Under the pieces are notes generated by a model. That model did not search any database, was not told the origin of the DNA, and saw only the letters and a list, made by a program, of their open reading frames with translations. A program made the translations under genes and the position numbers. Below, one piece after another: positions 1 to 8,738 of a DNA stretch of 11,679 nt (positions are counted from its first letter, which is position 1; each line of letters opens with the position of its first letter). Source of the DNA: Octopus sinensis (taxonomy: Eukaryota); the NCBI RefSeq assembly GCF_006345805.1, contig NW_021826830.1:1-11679 (forward strand), written 5' to 3'.

Positions 1-297
1 ATGGAAATAATGTAATTAATATGTTCGTAGATACTTCGTTCTGACGAGATTAAATTAAATCGAAATAGCAACTGTATACGAATTGACGGGCTTGTATGGT
101 TGAAACGAAAAGGGAAAATATTAAACGGAAAGAAAATTGAATGAAATAAATATATGCGCGGATAATATGATATTGTAAGTTTTATTCCATTAAATTTAAA
201 TTTACTTCATTTACGAAATATACAGTAAGGTAAGTGATGAAATCAACTCCTGGCGAGGCGATACGTTCCCTGACAATGGAGGGAACACCCAAAGAAA

Positions 298-378
298 TCT
301 CTCTCTCAACTCTTCTTTCTCTCTCTCCCTCTCTATCTGTCTCTCTCTCTCTCTCATACATTCATACATACATACATA
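298..378. repeat. Compound microsatellite, (CT)n followed by (CATA)n
   Basis: Read directly: imperfect CT run 298-355, then CATA units to 378. Confidence 0.95.
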
Positions 379-547
379 CCGGCCGACACTGTAACGATAA
401 TCTGCAAACGTGACTCAGGAGAGAAGGCCACGAATGACCCGTCCTTGTTTTTTTTCTGTCTGTCCTTTTGTTGTTTTTCCTGTCCATCTTTTTACCGGTT
501 ATCCGTCCGGATGCTTCATTATCGTCTATTGCGTTCCATTATGGGGA

Positions 548-571
548 TACATACATACATACATACATACA

Positions 572-634
<63 letters not shown>
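548..634. repeat. Compound microsatellite (TACA)n-(TA)n
   Basis: Perfect TACA run to ~600, then a perfect TA run to 634 that abuts the 5' end of the SINE at 638. Confidence 0.97.
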
Positions 635-637
<3 letters not shown>

Positions 638-977
638 GGCGCATGGCTCAGTGGTTAGAGCGTCGAGCTTACGATCGTGAGGTTGTGAGCTCGAATCCCG
701 GACCGGGCTGCGTGTTGTCTTCTTGAGCAAGACACTTTATTTTACGTTGCTCCAGTTCACTCAGCTGTAGAAATGAGTTGCGACGTCACTGGTGCCAAGC
801 TGTATCGGCCTTTGTCTTTCCCTTGGATAACATCAGTGGTGTGGAGAGAGGAGGCTGGTATGCATGGGTGACTGCTGGTCTTCCATAAACAACCTCGCCC
901 GGACTTGTGTCTAGGAGGGTAACTTTCTAGGTGCAATCCCATGGTCATTCATGACCGAAGGGGGTCTTTAACCTTTA
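638..977 (+). mobile_element. tRNA-derived SINE, family C, apparently full length
   Basis: Head GGCGCATGGCTCAGTGGTTAGAGCG with Pol III A box TGGCTCAGTGG (644-654) and B box-like GCTCGAATCC (689-698). Next comes a CORE-like segment CTTGAGCAAGACACTTTATTTTACGTTGCTCCAGTTCACTCAGCTGTAGAAATGAG (722-777), then a unique body and a short tail CTTTAACCTTTA. Flanked by (TA)n on both sides. It recalls the tRNA-derived octopus SINEs (OK/OR1/OR2); the exact family is not assigned. Confidence 0.88.
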
Positions 978-1100
978 TATATATATATTAGTTCGGTATG
1001 ATATGCGGTTTGTGCCTGAGGAATATGTTAGAAATATTTTCTCAACATATGAAACTATTAGTGGCATTTAAAGGTATGTATTACGTCCTTTAAATAATTA

Positions 1101-1123
1101 TACACACACACACACACACTCAC
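1101..1123. repeat. (CA)n microsatellite
   Basis: Read directly. Confidence 0.9.
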
Positions 1124-1206
1124 AGAACGAAACTGAAAAATTCAAATCTTTTCGTATTATTTATTCACCGTTACACAACTGGGATTTACCCTAACAAGCT
1201 ATATTA

Positions 1207-1403
1207 TACATACATACATACATACATACATACAACATACATACATACATACATACATACATACATTCATACATACATACATACATACATACATACATAC
1301 AAGCATACATACATACATACATACATACATTCATACATACATACATACATACATACATACATTCATACATACATACATACATACATACATACATACATAC
1401 ATA
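1207..1403. repeat. (TACA)n microsatellite, ~200 bp, with occasional TTCA/AGCA variants
   Basis: Read directly; it produces the spurious VCMY ORF 1191..1475. Confidence 0.97.
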
Positions 1404-1739
1404 CGATATAATACTCGATATAATAAGTACTTGACAGCGTGTTGCGGTTGACAGAGTCAAAGCTAAACGCTTCAAATAAATTCTGTGATTGAAACCAAGA
1501 CTATCGGATTGCTGATTTCGAATAAGGGTTAATGAATAACAAATAATCGTTTGTTCACCAAACTGAATTAGATATATATGTTAGATCGTTGCTTGTCATT
1601 TCTGTTTAATTCATTATTTTAACGAAATGTCATTTGTGTCTGCAGCAAAATTGAGTTTAAAATTCAATTTTATATATTTATACAGTATAAACACCCGCCT
1701 CCAACACAAACAGACGCACATGCATACATGTACGTATTA

Positions 1740-2159
1740 CCATCAAAAGATATATATATATAAACATATGTATGTATATAAACATATGTATACATGTATA
1801 TATATATGAATGTATTCATATGTATATATATATATATAAATATATAAATTCATATATATATATGTATATATATATGTATATATATATATGTGTGTGTGTA
1901 TATAAGCATGTATATATATTTATGTATATGTGTATTTATATATATGTACATACGCAACCAAAGATATACTTGACTTTCTCCCGCTCTGTATACACAAACA
2001 CACATAGATGGATAGATAGATAGATAAATAGATTGATTGATAGATAGATAAAGATTTACATATATACATATATATGGTATTGTATATATATTTATATATG
2101 TACGTATATATATATATACATATATATATATTATATATATATATAAAATATATATATAA

Positions 2160-2209
<50 letters not shown>

Positions 2210-2275
2210 GCATATATAAAAAACACACTTATATATGTATGCGTTTATGTATACACCTGTACACACCTGAACATA
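1740..2275. repeat. Degenerate compound (TA)n/(TATG)n/(GATA)n low-complexity tract
   Basis: Read directly; GATA block at ~2005-2055. Confidence 0.93.
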
Positions 2276-2585
2276 GGGAGATATATGCTTACCTAGCTCT
2301 TCATATAATGAAAGATTTATCAATTAATGCATAAGACACGTTAGTAAGTTAAAAATCATTTAAATGCCGATCTCTTAAAGTACTTATGAAAATAATGGAA
2401 ACCTATTTATCGTTCAGCTTAAACTATATTATGAAGATTTAAAAAAAATTGTGCAAGAGTTTCTGAATGCGTTTGAAAAGAAATGGTTTGCTGTAATCTA
2501 ACTACGGAGTAATAAGATATATAATTGAGTGCATTACATTCTTGCATAGCAGTTGAACGAGTGTTTCTGTGTAACCTACATGCAT

Positions 2586-2607
2586 TATACATATATATAT
2601 ATATATC

Positions 2608-2696
<89 letters not shown>

Positions 2697-2815
2697 GAGA
2701 GAGGAGAGAGAGAGAGAGAGAGAGATGGATAGATAGATAGATTGATTTTTAGACAGGTGATAGATGGATAGATATATATATAGATAGATTGATGGATAGA
2801 TAGATAGATAGATAG

Positions 2816-2865
<50 letters not shown>

Positions 2866-2905
2866 CGTAGATATATAGATAGATTGATGGATAGATAGAT
2901 TGATG

Positions 2906-2948
<43 letters not shown>

Positions 2949-3016
2949 TAGATAGATAAATAGATTAGATAGATAGACAGACAGACAGGTGCATAGATGA
3001 ATAGATATATAGATAG

Positions 3017-3055
<39 letters not shown>

Positions 3056-3140
3056 TAGATAGATAGATAGAACGATAGATAGATCGATAATATAGACAGA
3101 TAGATAGCTAGATAGATAGATAGATAGATTGATAGATAGT
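2586..3140. repeat. Compound microsatellite (TA)n-(GA)n-(GATA/GACA)n, ~550 bp
   Basis: TA 2586-2693, GA 2694-2725, GATA with GACA variants 2726-3140. Confidence 0.97.
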
Positions 3141-3267
3141 CAGATGGGTAGAGGAAAAGAGAGAGAAGGGGTATCCACCTTCCTATTCACCTTTCATTCA
3201 GTTATTTATTTTTTCCTTTACCATTGTATTGGAACGGGTTTAAGGAAGGTGACCACTTATAGTAAGT

Positions 3268-3347
3268 ATGTATCTCTTTATCTCTCTCTCTATCTCTCTC
3301 TCTCTCTACCACACACACATATTATATATATATATATATATATATAC
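3268..3347. repeat. Compound (CT)n-(CA)n-(TA)n microsatellite
   Basis: Read directly; it lies just beyond the 3' end of the minus-strand LINE remnant. Confidence 0.9.
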
Positions 3348-3611
3348 TCTTTGTGCTCTTTTAGAAAGTTCTGTTCGAGAGCTGTGGCCATGCTACGGCA
3401 CAGGCAACGGGTGTTGGTGCACATTCATCAATCCTTCTGTAATAGTTGACATTTGGTGAATGAAGGGCTTTCATACTGACACCCTGATTTCTACTACCTG
3501 CCGTGAACCTGGGTATTTTGACAGTAGGAGATATAATTTAGTTTCAATGGTACCTGCATCTTGCCCATATAGTTTCCTCAGCTCCTACGGGAGGATATTG
3601 AAAATCTGTGA
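3345..3611 (-). mobile_element. 5'-truncated, decayed LINE 3' end (CR1/L2-group-like ORF2 C-terminus, short 3'UTR and tail)
   Basis: One minus-strand frame from 3611 reads SQIFNILP*ELRKLYGQDAGTIETKLYLLLSKYPGSRQVVEIRVSV*KPFIHQMSTITEGL, with in-frame stops at 3587-3585 and 3473-3471. This fits the FNxLPxxLR...FKxKLDxxLxxxPD motif I recall from the end of CR1/L2-group ORF2. It is followed by GTGCCGTAGCATGGCCACAGC and a tail TAAAAGAGCACAAAGAGTA. Confidence 0.72.
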
Positions 3612-3668
3612 TCATATGACTTAAATCAGGTAAAAGATAAAGATGTCTATGATATGAAAATATATATA

Positions 3669-4030
3669 GGCGCAGGAGTGGCTGTGTGGTAAGTAGCTTG
3701 CGTGGCATCTTGGGCAAGTGTCTTCTGCTATAGCCCCGGGCCGACCAATGCCTTGTGAGTGAATTTGGTAGACGGAAACTGAAAGAAGCCCGTCGTATAT
3801 ATGTATATATATGTATATGTGTGTGTGTTTGGGTGTCTGTGTTTGTCCCCCTAGCATTGCTTGACAACCGTTGCTGGTGTGTTTACGTCCCCCGTCACTT
3901 AGCGGTCCGGCAAAAGAGACCGATAGAATAAGTACTGGGCTTACAAAGAATAAGTCCCGGGGTCGATTTGTTCGATTAAAAGCGGTGCTCCAGCATGGCC
4001 GCAGTCAAATGACTGAAACAAGTAAAAAAA
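3669..4030 (+). mobile_element. tRNA-derived SINE, family A, copy with B box deleted
   Basis: Starts GGCGCAGGAGTGGCTGTGTGG (A box 3679-3689). Carries an internal (TA)/(TG) tract at ~3797-3840 and ends GGTGCTCCAGCATGGCCGCAGTCAAATGACTGAAACAAGTAAAA. About 90% identical by eye to 5836-6240 and to the reverse complement of 10795-11195. Lacks 36 nt at 3700/3701. Confidence 0.95.
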
Positions 4031-4062
4031 ACAAAATAGCATATATATAAATACAATATGCG

Positions 4063-4065
<3 letters not shown>

Positions 4066-4096
<31 letters not shown>
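4066..4096. repeat. (TG)n microsatellite
   Basis: Perfect TG run. Confidence 0.97.
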
Positions 4097-4098
<2 letters not shown>

Positions 4099-4284
4099 GG
4101 ATGAGTCTATTCGTATGTATATAGGTATGTAAGGATCAGCCAAATATAAATAATGAAGAAACTTTCTATACATTTTCTTCTCCGAAGAAACTTTTCTTTA
4201 TAACGATAAAAAAAAAGTTGTCTCTAAGAAAATTTAAGCGCACCAGAGATTTATTCCTGTATTTAAAATTAGAATTCGGTTTGT

Positions 4285-4314
4285 TTTTATTTATTTATTT
4301 ATTATCATTTATTA

Positions 4315-4373
<59 letters not shown>

Positions 4374-4450
4374 TCATTATTATTATTATTATCATTTATT
4401 ATTATTATTGTTATTGTTTTCTCTTATTGTTGTTATTGTTATTGCTATTA

Positions 4451-4500
<50 letters not shown>

Positions 4501-4503
4501 TAA
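4285..4503. repeat. (ATT)n microsatellite with ATC/GTT variants
   Basis: Read directly; source of the poly-I, poly-L and poly-Y ORFs. Confidence 0.97.
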
Positions 4504-4609
4504 TACTGAAAAAATTGCTGCTAATCTCTTTGCGTCTTTTATAAATGTCGCATTGACTTATTGCGTCTGGCAGACGTATTACCAGTCAAAGACAGAAACC
4601 AATACTACA

Positions 4610-4687
4610 ATACACACACACATACACACACATAGTACCCTTCCACAACCATATCCTTACACACAGACACAAACACGTACACACACA

Positions 4688-4720
<33 letters not shown>

Positions 4721-4845
4721 TGGCACACGGATACGCAAAAATTGTATGTACGTATGCATGTATGTATATATATATATATACATATATACATGTATATGAA
4801 TACATATACATGTATATGAATACACATACATATATATATATATCT
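4610..4845. repeat. Degenerate (CA)n/(TA)n/(TATG)n tract
   Basis: Read directly; includes a 20-bp tandem duplication at 4784-4823. Confidence 0.9.
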
Positions 4846-5225
4846 TATTGATATCTATACCTGATATTTTGACTTTGTTATTCACCGCCTTTCATATGAT
4901 ATTGATATCTGTGCAAATGATAAACCTAACGTCTTGAAAATAAAAAAAAAACTGCAGTAAAGCATCACACACACACGCACAGACTCAGGAATAATACCTT
5001 ACAAAGCTGAAACCGACGCGCGCGCACCTGGCGAGAAACAGTAATAAACATTCTCTGTGAATCCGTTTCGCTTTTGGTTAGTTACCATTCCTGTAATTCT
5101 ATCAATAGTTTACTCGCAAACCGAAGTTGCTCCTCATAATTGAGTTTGTGAAATAATACCAAAGCTATTTCCGTACGTCTCCTATTGACTGCTATTGTTT
5201 TGCAGGAATTGTAAATATATGAAAA

Positions 5226-5365
5226 CAAACACACACACACGCACACGCACACGCACACTCACACACACACACACACACACATACACACGCACACACACAC
5301 ACACACATACACACGCGCACACACACACACACACCACACACACGCACGCACGCACGCACGCACAC
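5226..5365. repeat. (CA)n/(CACG)n microsatellite
   Basis: Read directly. Confidence 0.95.
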
Positions 5366-5477
5366 AACATAATATATGAACATATACACCCGCCTTAGAC
5401 ACACACATGCATTTTCATGTACATACAGACACATATGCACTCACTGACATATGTATATGATGTACAGTGTATGATAT

Positions 5478-5515
5478 GTGTGCGCGTGTGTGTGTGTGTG
5501 TGTGTGTGTATGTAT
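5478..5515. repeat. (TG)n microsatellite
   Basis: Read directly. Confidence 0.92.
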
Positions 5516-5661
5516 AATAAATACTTTGATACGTGAGGATAAGAAACGTGAAGTGCTCAATGCGTAATATAGAGCATATCATAAATATGAAACATATGGA
5601 GTTGAATGATCCCTGATGCCAAAGGACATTAAGCGAATAATAATATAGTAGTAATAATGAT

Positions 5662-5662
5662 G

Positions 5663-5697
<35 letters not shown>

Positions 5698-5747
5698 GTT
5701 ACTACTACTACTACTAATACTACTACTACTACTACTGTTACTACTAC

Positions 5748-5781
<34 letters not shown>

Positions 5782-5803
5782 CTACTACTACTACTACTAC
5801 TAC

Positions 5804-5835
<32 letters not shown>
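5662..5835. repeat. Compound (CTA)n-(TAA)n microsatellite
   Basis: CTA 5662-5803 containing a 39-bp higher-order duplication; TAA 5804-5835 abuts the SINE. Confidence 0.97.
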
Positions 5836-5837
<2 letters not shown>

Positions 5838-6239
5838 GTAGCTTGCTGAACAACCACATGGTTGTGGGTTCATTCCCACTGCGTGGCAACATGGGCAAGT
5901 GTATTCTGCTATAGCCTCGGGCCGACTAAAGCCTTGCGAGAGGATTTGGTAGTCGGAAACTGAAAGAAGCCAGTCGTATGTAAATATAAATATAAATATA
6001 TATATATATACATGTATGTGTGTGTATATGTTTGTGTGTCTGTGTTTGTTACCCCCCACCCAACATCGTTTGACAACCGATGGTGGTGTGTTTACGTCCC
6101 TGTAACTTAGCGGTTCGGCAAAAGAGGCCGATTGAAGTACTAGGCTTACAAAAATCCTGGGGTCGATTTGCTCTACTAAAGGCGGTGCTCCAGCATGGCA
6201 GCAGTCAAATGACTGAAACAAGTAAAAGAGTAAAATAGC

Positions 6240-6240
<1 letters not shown>
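5836..6240 (+). mobile_element. tRNA-derived SINE, family A, 5'-truncated (no A box)
   Basis: Begins AAGTAGCTTGC about 20 nt into the family head and keeps the B box-like GGTTCATTCCC. Has the internal (TA)/(TG) tract and the 3' end CAGCATGGCAGCAGTCAAATGACTGAAACAAGTAAAAGAGTAAAA. Flanked on both sides by (AAT)n. Confidence 0.95.
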
Positions 6241-6307
<67 letters not shown>

Positions 6308-6337
6308 TAATAATAACAATAATAATAATTTTAATAA
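6240..6337. repeat. (AAT)n microsatellite
   Basis: Near-perfect AAT run between the SINE tail and the LINE remnant. Confidence 0.97.
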
Positions 6338-6628
6338 TCGAGAATGTTCCCTGGTTTACCATCGCCACAAGAAATTCAAAAGATGTTTCAGCAGGTCCGT
6401 CAAACATATTGAGAAGAACATTGTCTATGCGAGATCGGTTGCTACCCATGTATTTTAAGTCTTTCTTTATTTATTTTATTTACATACCTTCGTTTCATAT
6501 TGAAAAATGAACAATGTGGTATGTTTAGTTTAATGGGTTCTCAATGTAGACAGTGAGTCACTTTGTCCTAGGAGTCGGGAAGACACTCAGCAAGAAATGG
6601 AAACAATATTGAAAGAAGAAAATTGCAT
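6338..6628 (+). mobile_element. 5'-truncated 3' end of an R4/Dong-like non-LTR retrotransposon (ORF C-terminus plus ~195 bp 3'UTR)
   Basis: 6341-6382 reads RMFPGLPSPQEIQK. After a 1-nt shift, 6385-6429 reads VSAGPSNILRRTLSM, followed by CGA (possibly a former TGA). This fits the recalled R4/Dong C-terminal motif IPGxPxxxEIQKIVLxGTAHILRRxLS. The 5' junction sits in (AAT)n and the 3' end runs into a trinucleotide array. Confidence 0.72.
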
Positions 6629-6684
6629 GATGATGACGATGATGATGACGACGACGACGATGATCATAGAGATGATGATGATGT

Positions 6685-6729
<45 letters not shown>

Positions 6730-6828
6730 CGACGATGATGACGACGATGATGACGATGATGATGACGATGATGATGATGATGATGATGATGACGATGAGA
6801 TGATGACGATCATGATGATGATGATGAC

Positions 6829-6863
<35 letters not shown>

Positions 6864-7059
6864 CGACGATGATGACGACGATGATGACGACGACGATGAC
6901 GACGATGATGATGATGATGATGACGACGATGATGACGACGATGATGATGACGATGATGATGATGATGATGGTGATGATGACGATGATGATGATGACGACG
7001 ATGATGACGACAATGATGACGATGATGATGACGATGATGATGATGATGACGATGATGAC

Positions 7060-7102
<43 letters not shown>

Positions 7103-7209
7103 GTGATGATGACGACGATGATGACGATGATGATGATGATGACGATGATGACGATGATGATAATGATGATGATGATGGCGATGATGTTGATGATGGTGAT
7201 GATGATGAT
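6629..7209. repeat. (GAT/GAC)n trinucleotide array, ~580 bp, probably an expanded retroposon tail
   Basis: About 190 triplets, mostly GAT/GAC with a recurring GACGACGATGAT sub-unit. There is one 1-nt register shift at 6797-6799. The array directly follows the Dong-like 3'UTR. Confidence 0.95.
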
Positions 7210-7431
7210 TTCCTTTCATTGGCACAAATGAGAGGAGCATGACATTAACAGTGAACAAAAGGTGTTGGGGTTTACGTTAAAGGTGAGGAGAAAGAAACGG
7301 AAAAGACAGGGAAATACAATGACGATGAAACGAAAGGAAGATAGTGACTTCGAAGTTTCCGTTTGTTTTGCTTTAGTACTTTGTGACTTCGAAATCGTCA
7401 TCAATTTTTATTTATAAATCCGGACACACTT

Positions 7432-7435
7432 ATAC

Positions 7436-7474
<39 letters not shown>

Positions 7475-7560
7475 TACACACGCGCGCACACATAAATATT
7501 TACACATACATGTATGTCACCGACAACCGTTTCCTTTTTATATATATATATATATCTCTC
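7432..7560. repeat. Compound (CT)n-(CA)n...(TA)n microsatellites
   Basis: Read directly. Confidence 0.88.
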
Positions 7561-7576
7561 AATCTATCTACCTATC

Positions 7577-7685
7577 TGGTTTTATGGTAAGAAGTTTGCT
7601 TCCAAACCACATGGTTGCGGGTTCAATCCTACTGCGTGCGTGGAAACTTGGTTATAGCCTCGGGCCGATCAAAACTTTGTAAGTG
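7577..7685 (+). mobile_element. Degenerate 5' fragment of SINE family A
   Basis: TGGTTTTATGGTAAGAAGTTTGCTTCCAAACCACATGGTTGCGGGTTCAATCCTACTGCGTG...TATAGCCTCGGGCCGATCAAAACTTTGTAAGTG aligns to the family A head, with a short internal deletion. It then runs into (TG)n. Confidence 0.85.
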
Positions 7686-7694
7686 TGCCTATTG

Positions 7695-7780
7695 TATACG
7701 TGTATGTGTATGTGTGTGTTTGTGTGTGCGTGTGTGTGTGTGTGTATTTATATACATCTGTGTATGTATGTGTGTGTCTA
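7695..7780. repeat. (TG)n/(TATG)n microsatellite
   Basis: Read directly; it may be the internal microsatellite of the preceding SINE fragment. Confidence 0.9.
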
Positions 7781-8222
7781 CATTTCAATTATGGATAGAA
7801 ACGAGGTTTCGATGGCGCATATTAGAGAACTGAAATCCTGTTAGAAACCAACTTTTGCAAACTGCTAAACGCATCTAATGATATCCCGACATTAATAACG
7901 TTTGCAAATATCCTGGTTACCGAAATACAACAAAAGATCTGCTCAGCATTAATTATCATATTCCTATATTAACGCCCATATATTAATACCAGAATACTTT
8001 CGGATATATCGAAACGTTATCCGGTTATATCTAAACCTTTCTAATGAAGCTGCTATGCACATCAATAAGCGATAATTTAGTCTCTGGAAGTGGTGAGTAA
8101 TGTTAAAGCTCTTTTTGAGTCGCGGCTGAAACCCGATTTTGATTCTAGTTCGTAGCAATTTTCTCTAAATAATGGTACGTAATGCCTAAGGCCAAACCAA
8201 ACTCGGTTTTTTTATTACACTG

Positions 8223-8738
8223 AAAGTAAATTACGATGCAGTCAGCACCAGGCCGTGAGTGGCTCTCATGGCTTCTGACCTTCACTGATTGGAAATGTTA
8301 ATATGTACATGTTCGTTTTAGTGTGAATGATGGGCCAAAAGCAAATATTCTGCTCATTACCAGGTATTTGCTTGTCAGTAGCTTGGTTTTGACCAGTTGA
8401 GCATGTCCCTTAGTGGCTGGTGATATGTCCACCTCTGATCACGAGCAGAAGTAGAGGGGGAGCATCATAGGAATTATTTGGGGGTTTGGATAATTCACCT
8501 CTGGAAACATGGGTATTTCGTTCATCATCCTCAAACAACCCATATTCGGGGACCTTCTTAGTAGATGGTCTACTAGCCTTAAAGAAAATTCTAACCGGAT
8601 CCCCACCTGGAAGGCCATGCACCGTTTATCTTGATATGAGATCCCCATGTCGAGCACACATGTTTGTGATACTAGCGCACTCTTATCAGATGGGTAGTCA
8701 ATATGGGTATATTGAGCTTCGTATGTTTGTATCCTGCG
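8223..8738 (+). mobile_element. Probable LINE 3'UTR fragment (high-copy octopus interspersed repeat, possibly RTE-clade)
   Basis: Complex, more GC-rich block (GTGAGTGGCTCTCATGGCTTCTGA...GATCACGAGCAGAAGTAG...ATAATTCACCTCTGGAAACATGGG...TTATCTTGATATGAGATC). It resembles from memory a common octopus repeat that lies downstream of an RT ORF end. There is no second copy or coding motif in this window, so the call rests on recall. Confidence 0.5.

Noticed and set aside
214-236. Consensus donor AAG|GTAAGT at 229/230
   Set aside because: There is no convincing upstream acceptor or open frame, and such hexamers are frequent by chance.
265-286. Hairpin GTTCCCT-8nt-AGGGAAC
   Set aside because: A 7-bp stem is expected by chance in 11 kb.
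638-712. tRNA-like sequences here and at 8870-8956, 10140-10212, 10680-10750 and 11125-11195
   Set aside because: They have A/B boxes but no proper acceptor stem, and they continue into repeat bodies; these are SINE heads, not tRNA genes.
992-1073. Exon-like segment ending in AAG|GTATGT with one open frame
   Set aside because: The acceptor sits in a TA repeat with no pyrimidine tract, and the peptide is unrecognised.
1647-1671. Inverted repeat AAAATTGAGT/ATTCAATTTT
   Set aside because: Short, very AT-rich and mismatched; chance level.
4784-4823. 20-bp tandem duplication
   Set aside because: An ordinary slippage product inside a low-complexity TA/TATG tract.
5415-6449. Longest ORF (344 aa, minus strand)
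   Set aside because: It is an antisense read-through of the Dong-like remnant, (AAT)n, a SINE and (CTA)n.
7210-7227. TTCCTTTCATTGGCACAA resembling the reversed 3' end of a family B SINE next to the GAT array
   Set aside because: Only ~18 nt with gaps and no body follows; too short to call.
6587-7258. Poly-His/Ile 223-aa ORF (minus strand)
   Set aside because: It is the reverse complement of the GAT/GAC array.
410-7833. ORF-track proteins rich in YI/HT/CV, poly-I/L/Y/S/M/H
   Set aside because: They are translations of TA, CA, TACA, ATT, CTA and GAT microsatellites, which lack stops in some frames; no domain content.
7826-7970. 48-codon open frame RTEILLETNFCKLLNASND...
   Set aside because: No start codon, donor or recognisable motif; compatible with chance.
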